A DNA stretch of 64,000 nt from an archaeon (GTDB taxonomy: Archaea; SpSt-1190; DYHY01), in the NCBI GenBank assembly GCA_037442745.1, contig JBBIPP010000003.1, positions 1-64,000 of the forward strand. The letters are read 5' to 3'. Positions 18,123-27,724 of this stretch are shown piece by piece (the first letter of the stretch is position 1; each line of letters starts with the position of its first letter). Both the position numbers and the translations under genes were made by a program. The notes under the pieces were generated by a model. That model saw only the letters and a program-made list of their open reading frames with translations. It was not told the origin of the DNA and did not search any database.

Positions 18123-19556
18123 ATGGAACAGAAATTCCCTCTCCGGCTGTTCAACACAATTTCAAGGGAAATTGAGGTCTTCCGGCCAATTGGCGAGACG
18201 GTGTCCCTTTACACGTGCGGGCCGACAATCTACAATTTCGCGCATATCGGAAATTTCAGGGCATATGTTGCGCAAGACATTCTCAAGCGCTATCTGAAAT
18301 ACAAGGGATTCTCAGTCAAGCATGTGATGAACCTGACCGACGTTGACGACAAGACAATTCGGGATTCGAAAAAGCAAGGCCTGCCCCTCTCAGCATTCAC
18401 TGCGAAATACAGGGAAGCATTCTTTCAGGACTGCTCAACGTTGAACCTCGACCCGGCGGACAGCTATCCGGAGGCAACTAAATATATCGAGGAAATTATT
18501 GACTTGATATCGGTTCTGATTGAAAAGGGCCTTGCATACCGGGGGGAGGACGGGTCAATTTACTATTCTGTCTTCAAGTTCCCCGGATACGGCAAGCTCT
18601 CGAAAATCCCGATGGATTCCCTAAAAGCGGGAGCGCGCGTAAAGACTGATGAGTATTCCAAGGAGGAAGCGAAGGATTTCGCCCTCTGGAAAGCCCGGGA
18701 CGAGGGGGACGGGGACGTCTTCTGGGAGTCCCCTTTCGGACGGGGCCGGCCCGGCTGGCACATTGAATGCTCCGCAATGGCAATGGCAAACCTCGGAGAG
18801 ACAATTGACATCCATGCAGGGGGAATTGACCTCGTCTTTCCCCATCACGAGGACGAGATTGCGCAGTCGGAAGGCGTTACCGGAAAGCCGTTTGCGAACT
18901 ATTGGGTGCACAACGAATACCTGATGGTTGACGGAAAAAAGATGTCAAAATCTCTCGGAAACTTTTACACCTTAAGGGACGTTCTTGCAAAAGGATATTC
19001 CGGAAGGGAGGTGAGATATCTCCTCCTCTCTACACACTACCGTTCCCCTCTGAACTTTACTTTCCGTGCCCTTGACGGCGCAAGGGGCGCTCTTGCGAAA
19101 TTGCATGAATTTATCCAAAACCTTCGCCAAATTGAGCTTTGGGGTCCAGAAAAAGAAAGTGGGGGAGTTCAGGCCATTTCTGACATTTCAAGGAGAAACT
19201 TCGAAAAGGCTTTGGATGCAGATCTCGGAATGCCTGAAGCGCTTTCCGCCGTTTTTGAATTCGTAAAAGAGATCAATAGAATTAGAGAAACTTTGAGCAA
19301 GAAGGACGCCTCTAGCATTCTTAATGTTATGCGTGACTTTGATCTGGTTCTGGGCGTTCTTGGGGAATATTTCACTTTGCTTAGTTCTGACATTCCTCCT
19401 GAGATTGAGGATTTGGCGAATGCGCGTGTATTGGCAAGAGAACGAAAGAATTGGGAAGAGTCTGACAGATTGAGGGATGAAATAGAAAAAAGAGGTTATT
19501 TGGTTCAGGACACGAAGAACGGGCAAATAATCCGGATTTGTGTTGGAAAATATTAG
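18123..19556 (+). CDS. cysS: Cysteine--tRNA ligase (class I)
   Basis: CGPTIY, HIGN, DFALWK, GRPGWHIECSAM, DIHAGGIDLVFPHHE, KMSKS. Confidence 0.98.
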   Translation: MEQKFPLRLFNTISREIEVFRPIGETVSLYTCGPTIYNFAHIGNFRAYVAQDILKRYLKYKGFSVKHVMNLTDVDDKTIRDSKKQGLPLSAFTAKYREAFFQDCSTLNLDPADSYPEATKYIEEIIDLISVLIEKGLAYRGEDGSIYYSVFKFPGYGKLSKIPMDSLKAGARVKTDEYSKEEAKDFALWKARDEGDGDVFWESPFGRGRPGWHIECSAMAMANLGETIDIHAGGIDLVFPHHEDEIAQSEGVTGKPFANYWVHNEYLMVDGKKMSKSLGNFYTLRDVLAKGYSGREVRYLLLSTHYRSPLNFTFRALDGARGALAKLHEFIQNLRQIELWGPEKESGGVQAISDISRRNFEKALDADLGMPEALSAVFEFVKEINRIRETLSKKDASSILNVMRDFDLVLGVLGEYFTLLSSDIPPEIEDLANARVLARERKNWEESDRLRDEIEKRGYLVQDTKNGQIIRICVGKY

Positions 19557-19999
19557 CGCTTGCCCGGAAATACTATTCTCACGGAATAGTTCGGCCTCTC
19601 CTTTAGTTTAGCCATTTCCTCCTCGATTTTCGAGAGGATTTTCCCTAGCTCCGGAGAATTCTCAAGCTCTGCGGAAAATCCGGTCGGGGAGAACTCGGCT
19701 GAAAAGAGGGACTCTTTCCCGATTGAATCGGCCCAGATAATCCGCTCAATGAACTTCTCCGGGCTCTCAGAAGCCATCTGCTCGGAATATGTCTCAAGGA
19801 GAGCTTCCTTCTCAATCGGAGATTTTGGGTCCCGATAGTGGACGAATTTCGTGTACTGGGGATAGAACACAAACCCCTCCTTTTTTTCTGAGAGAATGTC
19901 TGGCTGGAAAAGCGAGATTTCTATTCTTTCCGGTTCGCCGAATAGGTCGATTAGGGCTGATAGGAAGGATGCTGGCCAGACAGTTGTCAGGAACCTCAA
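19553..19999 (-). CDS. Hypothetical protein
   Basis: 148-aa ORF overlapping the cbf5 stop; no motif recognised. Confidence 0.6.
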   Translation of the reverse strand: MRFLTTVWPASFLSALIDLFGEPERIEISLFQPDILSEKKEGFVFYPQYTKFVHYRDPKSPIEKEALLETYSEQMASESPEKFIERIIWADSIGKESLFSAEFSPTGFSAELENSPELGKILSKIEEEMAKLKERPNYSVRIVFPGKR

Positions 20000-21069
20000 G
20001 GCTTTGTATATTCACCCGCGCGCGCTTTTTTGCTCCACATTCTGGGATATGTGCCGGACTGCATCACTACACGCAGTGGCTTGGCAACGAATCCTCTCTT
20101 AATTGATATTGCGTCCTCTGCAAAGACGAAAGAGGTTGCGACTGCAACTAGCTCGTCTTTTCCGGAAAATATGGAGATTGTGTCCCCGGGAGCTATTCCG
20201 GAATCTATTTTCGTTACTCCGACAGCTGCCAATGGCGCCCCTGAACAGACTGCCTCAATTGCCCCGTCTTGTATCCATAGCTTGGGAAGGTTGCTGACTG
20301 CCGACTCTATTGGAAGAATTACTTTCCTTATTTCTCTTTCATCCGCAGTCTCCTTGAAATCCTCGAAAGCGTCCTTCAGGTCGTGGAGGGTTACTGAATC
20401 CTTCTCTGAGAAAGGCCCTGCTCTGGTTCTTCGAAGCTCAGTCATGTTCCCTCCTCCGAGTTTTTCTCCCAAATCGTGGCAGAGTTTCCTTATGTATGTC
20501 CCGGCCTCCACGGAGGTCCTGAAAAGGACTGTCCTGCCTTCGGTTTCTATTATCTCGAGGGAATATACGTTCCTCGGCCTTGTCTGCCTCTTTACCGCCG
20601 ACCTCACTGGGGGCTTTTGCATTATTGTGCCAACGAACTCTTCTGCGGCAGCCTTCAGGTCCCCTTCCGAAAAGTCCTTGTGGACCCTCATTGTTCCGAC
20701 ATATTCCTTTCCTGCAAGGAGAAGGGTCCGGAGGACCTTTGTCCCCGAACTGAGCGCGGTCGGAAGAACCCCTGTGACGTTCGGGTCCAGTGTTCCCGAA
20801 TGCCCTGCCTTTTTCGCCCCGGTTATTTTCTTCACCCAGTCCGCAACCTGGTGGCTTGTCGGCCCAGCCGGCTTGTCAACGTTTATTACACCCAATTCAA
20901 GATGCCTTGATAGCGCCCGTTCCTCTGGCCGGCATCCGTATTTCTCAGAGGTCTCGTCCTCTCTCCTGACAAGAATCTCTCCTGTTAGCGGGGCCATTTG
21001 TTCTTCGGGGCGCCTGCTGTCTTTAAAATCTTGACTCTCCTCCTGAAAGGGAGCTGATTGTTCGGTCAA
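19996..21069 (-). CDS. cbf5: RNA-guided pseudouridine synthase Cbf5 (TruB family) with PUA domain
   Basis: DKPAGPTSHQV, GHSGTLDP, KEYVG, EAGTYIRKLCHDLG, YPRMW; start uncertain. Confidence 0.97.
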   Translation of the reverse strand: MTEQSAPFQEESQDFKDSRRPEEQMAPLTGEILVRREDETSEKYGCRPEERALSRHLELGVINVDKPAGPTSHQVADWVKKITGAKKAGHSGTLDPNVTGVLPTALSSGTKVLRTLLLAGKEYVGTMRVHKDFSEGDLKAAAEEFVGTIMQKPPVRSAVKRQTRPRNVYSLEIIETEGRTVLFRTSVEAGTYIRKLCHDLGEKLGGGNMTELRRTRAGPFSEKDSVTLHDLKDAFEDFKETADEREIRKVILPIESAVSNLPKLWIQDGAIEAVCSGAPLAAVGVTKIDSGIAPGDTISIFSGKDELVAVATSFVFAEDAISIKRGFVAKPLRVVMQSGTYPRMWSKKARAGEYTKP

Positions 21070-21125
21070 TAAGACACGCCCAGATTTGCGCTATCCGGAA
21101 GCGGAAAGCCGGATTCTCGGGGAAT

Positions 21126-21593
21126 TCAGACATCGATCTCGAGGACTTGCCTGACAATAATGCTAGCAACAATTGCAATATAGAAATACCACCAGAACCA
21201 GGTGAGTTCGCTGACTATTGCGAAAGGAGGCATTGCCCATTTTGTTATCAGTAGGGGAATCGGAAGCTTCACTAGCAAGTCCTTGTATGTTGTCTGGACG
21301 AATCCGAATATCAGAATGAATACGAGGGAGGAAAGTAGGTTCGGTTTCAGGGTCAGCTTCATCCTCCTCATTGAGAGCTCGTTGATTTTCGAAAGCTCCT
21401 TTTCAATTCTTTGGGTGTCCTTTGCCTTCTGCGCCTCCTTCATCCTCTTCTGGGCGGTTTCGACCTGCTTTTTGACCTCTTTCAACTGAGCCTGGTCTGA
21501 GAGCTTCTTGAAGAGGAGGTTCTGCACAATTACGGCAACAATTGATATTACTGCCAGTTGAAGCGCGGGGTTCTCTATTATCTGGACTGCCAT
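21126..21593 (-). CDS. EMC3/TMCO1 (DUF106, Oxa1 superfamily) membrane protein
   Basis: TM, coiled coil, TM, WFWWYF..TM topology; position after secY. Confidence 0.85.
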   Translation of the reverse strand: MAVQIIENPALQLAVISIVAVIVQNLLFKKLSDQAQLKEVKKQVETAQKRMKEAQKAKDTQRIEKELSKINELSMRRMKLTLKPNLLSSLVFILIFGFVQTTYKDLLVKLPIPLLITKWAMPPFAIVSELTWFWWYFYIAIVASIIVRQVLEIDV

Positions 21594-21601
21594 TTCTTTC
21601 C

Positions 21602-23074
21602 CTATCTTTTCGCAACGAAAGTTTTTAGCATTGGCGCCATGTCTGCAATGTGCTCGCGGACAACGCTCTCATACATCTTGTAGACAATCATTACTGCAAG
21701 GAGGATTCCCGTTCCTCCGCCTACTGCGTTCGTGAAATCGGCAAAGGCGGCAAGCATTCCGACTGATGCGCCCCCGATAACTGTGAGATAAGGAATATAC
21801 CTGTCAAGGACCATTTCTATTACCCTCGGGTCGCTCCTGAATCCCCGGACCTGCATTCCGGCCTTGTTTATCTGCTTGGCAACGGATTTTGTGTCCTGCC
21901 CGCTCGTCTTCACCCAGAAAATGGAGAACAGAACAGAACCAACAACCATGAAAAGCGTGTATGTGAAAGCCCGGATAATCATTGTGAGATATGTGAGGTT
22001 GTAAAAGTTGGTTGCCCCGAGCGCGCTTTGGCTTATTCCGAAGAGGAGGGAGAAATCCCGGGCCAGGCCAGAGAAGAAGGCGATTGGATTGAGTAGATAG
22101 ATTATCAGGTCCCTTGGCGGAGTAAGGAAAAATATGAGACCGGTCAAGGGCTCGCTCGCTGAGTTCACTGTCCCGAAAATTGAGAACCCTGCGTTCTGGG
22201 CGAGGCGCGCCCATAGCTGGATGTTCATTACGAGCGCGGCAACGAGGATTACCGGCATTACTCCTGTGTAGAAGAGGTTGAGGGGCCACCTTGTTGACAT
22301 TCCGGAAATTCTTCCGAATGCGAGGGGTATTTCGACGTTAATTGACTGGGCATAAACCACTATGAAGAAAACAACTAGAGTGAAAATAATTGGAATCAAG
22401 ATGTACAGGGCCTGCATTGGGTCGCCCTGGCCCAAGAACTGGAGAGCTGCCGGTATTCTTCCCGCGGAAATTGAGGGGTTCTGCGGGTTCGGGAGAGGGT
22501 TTAGGGCCGCGACGAATATTTCGGTTGCAACCCCAGCCGCAATGAAAAGGCTTATTCCGGAGACGAATCCCCATTTCTGGGAGACTTCGTCAAGGAGGAC
22601 TATTAGTATTGTTCCGAGGAACAGCTGGGCGACAATTAGCATTTTCAGGTTGGGGTCGTTATTCAGCGCCGGAAGCCCCCCCATATAGACATATACAATT
22701 GCCTCGAAAATTGCAACAATCAAGGTCAATAGCTGGGAGAGGCCCTGGAAAGTGTGCTTGTCTTCGGCCTTTGAGAGATCGAGCGGCAAGATCTTCACTC
22801 CAACAAGGAGTTGAAGGATTATTCCGGCAGTGACTATTGGTCCTATTCCCAAGGTTATTATTGACCCGAATTTGCCGGCAATTATTGCCCGGACTGCCTC
22901 GAAATAGTCTGTCTCCCAAGTTGGATCAAGGCCCCAGAGAGGAATCATTCCGAGGATATAGTATATCAGCAGGACTATTGCAGTCCATTTGAGCTTCTCG
23001 TTGAACCCGAGGCGCGTTTTCGGCTTGCCAACTGCAGGAAGGTATTTCACGATCCCCGCAATTGAGAAAGCCAT
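21602..23074 (-). CDS. secY: Preprotein translocase SecY
   Basis: EKLKWT, TLGIGPIVTAGIILQLL, SGISLFIA, LDRYIP, GTGILLAV. Confidence 0.98.
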   Translation of the reverse strand: MAFSIAGIVKYLPAVGKPKTRLGFNEKLKWTAIVLLIYYILGMIPLWGLDPTWETDYFEAVRAIIAGKFGSIITLGIGPIVTAGIILQLLVGVKILPLDLSKAEDKHTFQGLSQLLTLIVAIFEAIVYVYMGGLPALNNDPNLKMLIVAQLFLGTILIVLLDEVSQKWGFVSGISLFIAAGVATEIFVAALNPLPNPQNPSISAGRIPAALQFLGQGDPMQALYILIPIIFTLVVFFIVVYAQSINVEIPLAFGRISGMSTRWPLNLFYTGVMPVILVAALVMNIQLWARLAQNAGFSIFGTVNSASEPLTGLIFFLTPPRDLIIYLLNPIAFFSGLARDFSLLFGISQSALGATNFYNLTYLTMIIRAFTYTLFMVVGSVLFSIFWVKTSGQDTKSVAKQINKAGMQVRGFRSDPRVIEMVLDRYIPYLTVIGGASVGMLAAFADFTNAVGGGTGILLAVMIVYKMYESVVREHIADMAPMLKTFVAKR

Positions 23075-23086
23075 TCTGACTCCCCC

Positions 23087-23551
23087 TTATTCTTCCGACC
23101 CGGCTTTGGGGGAAACGAGGAGAGTGACCTTCCCTCCGGCAGCCTCTATTTTCCGTATTGCCTGCTCTGTTGCATATTTGCAGGTCAGGAAGAGTTTCTT
23201 TCCGACTTTTCCTGAGCCAAGTAGCTTGTCAATACTGAGCTTCCCTAGGTCAATTGAATATGCGCCGGCCTTTTCCTCGGCAAACTTTCTTGAGACGAGC
23301 GTCTCCGCAGTCGCGTCAATTAGCCCGACATTTATTGTGACAATCCTGTCTGCTTTCTGCCAGGGGGACGAGAATCCGTGCTTGCCGAAATGTCCCGGCT
23401 TGTATTTGAGGGTATATACCCACAAGTGCTTGTCCCAGGCGAATCCCTTGCCTCCCTTGTTTCCTTTTCCTCTGTGCTTCTTACCTGCGCCATATCCGTG
23501 GGAGCGGTGCGCCCTTTCCTTTCTTGACCGTTTCTTGAATCGCCTGACCAT
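23087..23551 (-). CDS. rpl15: Ribosomal protein uL15
   Basis: SHGYGAGKKHRGKG, HFGKHGF, KLLGSG, KIEAAGG. Confidence 0.97.
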   Translation of the reverse strand: MVRRFKKRSRKERAHRSHGYGAGKKHRGKGNKGGKGFAWDKHLWVYTLKYKPGHFGKHGFSSPWQKADRIVTINVGLIDATAETLVSRKFAEEKAGAYSIDLGKLSIDKLLGSGKVGKKLFLTCKYATEQAIRKIEAAGGKVTLLVSPKAGSEE

Positions 23552-23576
23552 GTTGGGATGAAGGTGGGAAATTCGC

Positions 23577-23584
23577 TTTATAAA
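23577..23584 (-). promoter_or_regulatory. TATA box of rpl15-secY
   Basis: TTTATAAA ~26 nt upstream of ATG 23551. Confidence 0.6.
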
Positions 23585-23661
23585 TTTTGGTTTTCAACAT
23601 GTCCGGACGATTTTCGAGTGGTTAGATTTCCTTTTATATGGGCTCCGGAAATTGTCCTTAA

Positions 23662-24348
23662 ATGGGATACGGGGACGACGATCTGTCGAGCTTTGAAAAG
23701 TCTCTCCTAGGAATAAATCCTGCCCATTCAGTCTATCTTGTGAGAAATTCCCTAGGGGACGTTGTGTCAATAAAGACTGTCGACCATGTCGGGAACAGGG
23801 AGAACGTGATTGACCTAAGGTCCCCGATGCACAGGGAAGGGCAGTCTTCGGTCATTGAGGCTGTGAAAATGGTTTATGGTGGTCTCTCGAAACTCCCCCA
23901 GAATTACATTGTTGTAATGGATCCTTCCGGCCAGTTGAGCAGGGGAACACTCTCCGGGGCGTCCGGATATTCCCCGGGAGAATCGAAAAGCAGGAATGCG
24001 GAAAGAGTTACGGGTTCGGTAATGGGAAACAATTCCACTCTAGAGTCATTCAAGGGCGGAGAAAGGAGAAGGGTTGCTTCCGACGCGTACGGGCCTGGAG
24101 AGAGTTCGGCGCCATATTTTCAGGACAAGTCTGAATATGGCAAGAAAACTCTTCCCGAGGAAATGGGGACTGTCGAAAAAACAATGCCGGAAAAGTCGAT
24201 TGACGAACTTATGGCTGACTTTGCTTTTGCGGAGCAAAAAAGGATTATGAATGAAGCTCTCTCTTTGAAAAGAAGGAAGGCAAGAGTCAATTGCTCCGAC
24301 ACATATGCCAAGGACCTCTCGGACACTTGGGAATTCTCGGTATTTTAG
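23662..24348 (+). CDS. Hypothetical protein on the opposite strand between rpl30 and rpl15
   Basis: 228-aa ORF with own TTTTATAT (23632-23639); no motif recognised. Confidence 0.7.
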   Translation: MGYGDDDLSSFEKSLLGINPAHSVYLVRNSLGDVVSIKTVDHVGNRENVIDLRSPMHREGQSSVIEAVKMVYGGLSKLPQNYIVVMDPSGQLSRGTLSGASGYSPGESKSRNAERVTGSVMGNNSTLESFKGGERRRVASDAYGPGESSAPYFQDKSEYGKKTLPEEMGTVEKTMPEKSIDELMADFAFAEQKRIMNEALSLKRRKARVNCSDTYAKDLSDTWEFSVF

Positions 24349-24401
24349 GAACGGAGCGCCAAATATTGAGAGATTCGCTCCGGCCTAGCGCTCCCGGTTT
24401 T

Positions 24402-24875
24402 TCAGATCATTCTTCCGACAAGATCCGCTATTTTCTCTTTCCGGTCACCTGCCTCTCCGCGCTGGGTGAGGGGCCTCTTCAAGGTTCCCTTGAATCCGCC
24501 TTTCGGGGGATGGAGATGAACGTCCTTTTTCACGCCAATTTCAGAGAGCTTGCCTTCGGAAACAACTACCTCGACAGCTTTCTTCGCTAGTTCAGGGGTG
24601 AGTTTCTTCCCTCCGAACGTCTTTCCGCGCTTGAGGAAAACCTCTTCCGCAAACTCTGGAGTAACGGTTCCCCAGGTAACATAGTCTTTGACCTTCTGGA
24701 GCATTGACCTGTTCCTAGGGCTGTCGAAAAGGAGACGGGCAGTGTTTATCTGCAACAATCCAAGAAGGAAGAGGGTCTTCTTCGCGTCAGGCTTTGCGCC
24801 TATCGGGGACTTTATCATTGCAACGGCAATTATCCCTTTGCCATGTGCCGGTGTTGATGTTTTTGCTTTTTCCAT
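24402..24875 (-). CDS. rpl30: Ribosomal protein uL30
   Basis: MLQKVKDYVTWG, LHPPKGGF; operon position. Confidence 0.95.
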   Translation of the reverse strand: MEKAKTSTPAHGKGIIAVAMIKSPIGAKPDAKKTLFLLGLLQINTARLLFDSPRNRSMLQKVKDYVTWGTVTPEFAEEVFLKRGKTFGGKKLTPELAKKAVEVVVSEGKLSEIGVKKDVHLHPPKGGFKGTLKRPLTQRGEAGDRKEKIADLVGRMI

Positions 24876-24896
24876 TTTGTCTCTTTCTCCCTTGTC

Positions 24897-25709
24897 CTAC
24901 TTCAATCCCCATTTCCCGGCGAATTCTTCCGGAACGGAGAGGACGCTTGTCTTCCTGAGCGCATCGAAAACTGCGTATCCTAGGTTTATCCTGTTCCTGG
25001 TTTCCCCAAAAGTCCTTGACCATGCGTCAGTTATTCCCGCAATTGTGAGGAGCCTTTTCGCCTCCGGATGGACAACGAGTCCCGTTCCTCTGGGCGCCGG
25101 GAAAAGCTGAACGGCTACCGAGGACGACTTGCCTTCAACTTGGAACGGAACGCTGTGGGGCTTTCCGCAACCGCATTCCCACGAGCCGCATGCCCGGAGA
25201 ACCTTTATCATTGAGAGCTTCGCCGCCTTTATTGAGGATTCCTTCGCAGGAAGGGATTCCCTTGAGGACCCTTTTCCGACGCCGATATATCCGTCGCCGT
25301 TTCCTACAATTGCGATGTAGGAGAACTTTGTCCTTGAGCCTTCCCTGATTTTCTTCTGGGTAGTCTTATACGCCCTTCTCGCTCCGCCCCCGAATTTCCC
25401 CTTGGATTGGCCGATCATCACGAAATCGGCCTGGAGCTCCGGAAAGAAATAGTCAACAATCTCTGTTTCCATTATTTTTATTCCGGTCGAGAGAACCTCG
25501 TCAAAGGTCTTGAGCTTCCCTGCCAGAACGTCTCGCCCTAGCTTAGTTTTTGGAACCCAGAGTTTCGGCTCTTTTTGGGCGTCGTCATAGCGTTCCCGGC
25601 CACCTCTTCCGGCGCCGGGCTTGCCCAGTCCACTTGGAGGGCCCCTTCTGAAGCCTCCCCCTCTTCCCCGTCTTCCAGCATTCTGTTGTGGTTGTTGTCC
25701 TTCTGCCAT
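24897..25709 (-). CDS. rps5: Ribosomal protein uS5
   Basis: WVPKTKLG, CGSWECGCG.PHSVP, PAPRGTGL. Confidence 0.97.
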   Translation of the reverse strand: MAEGQQPQQNAGRRGRGGGFRRGPPSGLGKPGAGRGGRERYDDAQKEPKLWVPKTKLGRDVLAGKLKTFDEVLSTGIKIMETEIVDYFFPELQADFVMIGQSKGKFGGGARRAYKTTQKKIREGSRTKFSYIAIVGNGDGYIGVGKGSSRESLPAKESSIKAAKLSMIKVLRACGSWECGCGKPHSVPFQVEGKSSSVAVQLFPAPRGTGLVVHPEAKRLLTIAGITDAWSRTFGETRNRINLGYAVFDALRKTSVLSVPEEFAGKWGLK

Positions 25710-25721
25710 TGTTATTCTCAA

Positions 25722-26270
25722 CTACTCCTTTTTGGATGATATTTTCTCCTTTACTGCTTTGAAGCTTTGCGGAAGAGACTTGGGGTCAATCCCGCTCTTT
25801 TTGTACATTGAGAATGTTGAGGGCGCTCCTGAGATGTGCGCTCCGGTTATTCTCTCTTCAGTCGGCATTGCTTCCTCATCGAAGGGAATTTGCATCCCCC
25901 CGTCAACAGCCCCTTTCAGGACTGCGAAAATCTTTCCTCCCTTGGCAGGCTTTTGCATGCCAATATCGAGGATCGCTTCCTTGACAGGCGTCCTCTTTGC
26001 GAGAAGGTATCCGACAAGATATGCTGAAGGGATGTTTCCGAGGGACGGGGTCTTCCACCCGAACTCTGCCAAGTCTTTTCCGTTTGCGCTGGCAACTGTC
26101 CTGTCTCCTGTTGGCGAGAACTCGACTATTTGCGCATAGACGTTGGAATTGCTTCTCCTCACAACAAGCCGGGCCTTTCCAGACCGTACGAGGGCGAGCC
26201 TTTTCACGTAGTTTGTCTTCTTTTCCCGTCTTCTTTTGAAGGGAACTTTGTGCGTTGGTGATTTTGCCAT
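25722..26270 (-). CDS. rpl18: Ribosomal protein uL18
   Basis: RRREKKTNY.KRL, NIPSAYLVG, KGAVDGG. Confidence 0.97.
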   Translation of the reverse strand: MAKSPTHKVPFKRRREKKTNYVKRLALVRSGKARLVVRRSNSNVYAQIVEFSPTGDRTVASANGKDLAEFGWKTPSLGNIPSAYLVGYLLAKRTPVKEAILDIGMQKPAKGGKIFAVLKGAVDGGMQIPFDEEAMPTEERITGAHISGAPSTFSMYKKSGIDPKSLPQSFKAVKEKISSKKE

Positions 26271-26271
26271 T

Positions 26272-26715
26272 TTATTTCTTCCTAATGCCTTCCTTTTGCA
26301 TATGCAGCTTCAGGTGCGTCTTGCTCCTGAAGAATCCGCCTCCAGCCTTTGCATAGAGGTCCTTGTAATCCTCCTTTGTTATCTCGTCCTTCTCAAGGAG
26401 CGCCGAGAGCACGCGCCTTATCGGCCTTATTGTGTTTATCCACTCTCGCTTTCCGGCTTTTGTCTTGCCCTTGACTTTTCCCGCGCCCCTTGGCCGGCCC
26501 TTTTTCCTCTTCTCGTGCTTGTCTCGTGCGCGCCCTCTAGAAGTTCCGATTTCCGGCTTCTTTCCTATTATTCCCTTGGAAATGAGCCTTCTTACATCTT
26601 CCCTAGTTATTGCGCCTTCGACTTTTTTCGCGTCTTCTGGGGAAATCCAGACACGGTTAACTCCGACTTTGAGGAGTTCTGACGCAATCCTCCTCTGTGA
26701 GCTTGTGTTTGTCAT
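26272..26715 (-). CDS. rpl19e: Ribosomal protein eL19
   Basis: QRRIASELLKVG..RVWI, AITREDVR, GTSRGRAR. Confidence 0.97.
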   Translation of the reverse strand: MTNTSSQRRIASELLKVGVNRVWISPEDAKKVEGAITREDVRRLISKGIIGKKPEIGTSRGRARDKHEKRKKGRPRGAGKVKGKTKAGKREWINTIRPIRRVLSALLEKDEITKEDYKDLYAKAGGGFFRSKTHLKLHMQKEGIRKK

Positions 26716-27144
26716 TTATTTCTTCTCCTCCTTTGGCTCTGCTTTTTCCCGTGGCTTGCCCTCGGGCTTGCCCTCGGGCTTGCCCTCAGGCTTTTTCTTC
26801 TTCTCCCTTGCGGGGTTGAAGACAGTTATTCCGAGCTCCTTCGCCTTGCCTGTGAGAGCTAGCTTGGATCTTGCGGAAAGCTTGGAACAGAGCCTTGCTC
26901 CCGAATCCTTCTTTCCTTTCAGGAGAACCAGTTCCTTCTCAGTCCTCACTAGGACGTCGATTAGACCGGACGGGTGGAGGAATCTTTCGCTTGCATCCTT
27001 CCCGTATCCAGCGTCGACAACCGGGGGGTTGCCTTTCCTGTGCTCCCTCATTTTGCTGTGCCGGCCCCTTGGCTTTCTCCAGACATCGTTCTTGCCAACC
27101 CGCTTGTAGCGATGGTATTCCTGTTTCTTGAAATTCTTTGACAT
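26716..27144 (-). CDS. rpl32e: Ribosomal protein eL32
   Basis: WRKPRGRHSKMR, LHPSG; GKPE repeat tail. Confidence 0.95.
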   Translation of the reverse strand: MSKNFKKQEYHRYKRVGKNDVWRKPRGRHSKMREHRKGNPPVVDAGYGKDASERFLHPSGLIDVLVRTEKELVLLKGKKDSGARLCSKLSARSKLALTGKAKELGITVFNPAREKKKKPEGKPEGKPEGKPREKAEPKEEKK

Positions 27145-27149
27145 TCTGT

Positions 27150-27704
27150 CTAGGCCCCTCCCCTGATTTTCCTTTCCATTATGTATATCCCGTCCTGGAA
27201 CGTCCTTCTGTCCTTCCTCTTTATTTTCGTCCCGTCCTCGAGCTTTTGTGCGCTTTTCGCTACCAGTTCTAGGTCAGCTCCGGAGAGGAAAACGTCCTTT
27301 CCTTCTACTTTTATCTTGACCCCTTTTTCGAGCTTCACTATCCGGGCGTCCTTTTCGCCGTTGAAGTTCTCGACTTTTATAGTGTTCCCGGAGGCCGTGA
27401 CCTTGGAGGGGAAGTGGCTTTGGACAATTTCCATCCTGTATGTGAACCCCTCAGTTACCCCGATTAGCATGTTAGTCGTGTGCGCAACATATGTCTCAAT
27501 TAGCGCCTTGGCCTTTCTCTTTGGGTTCGTTGTCTCGAAGTTCACGCTACCGTTCTCAAGGGACATCCGGATGAGCGCGTTTGAGAAATTCCGGGTGACT
27601 TGGCCCTTGGCGCCCTTTGCAGTCAGGATTTGCCCTGAGATTGTCGCTTCCGCGCCCTTGAACTGGGCAAGCGCAACTTGCCTCTTTATTGTTTCGTTTT
27701 CCAT
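27150..27704 (-). CDS. rpl6: Ribosomal protein uL6
   Basis: GVTEGF.Y, SHFP, NFNGEK, DRRTFQDGIY. Confidence 0.97.
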   Translation of the reverse strand: MENETIKRQVALAQFKGAEATISGQILTAKGAKGQVTRNFSNALIRMSLENGSVNFETTNPKRKAKALIETYVAHTTNMLIGVTEGFTYRMEIVQSHFPSKVTASGNTIKVENFNGEKDARIVKLEKGVKIKVEGKDVFLSGADLELVAKSAQKLEDGTKIKRKDRRTFQDGIYIMERKIRGGA

Positions 27705-27724
27705 TTTTTCCGTTCTCCCTTCAA

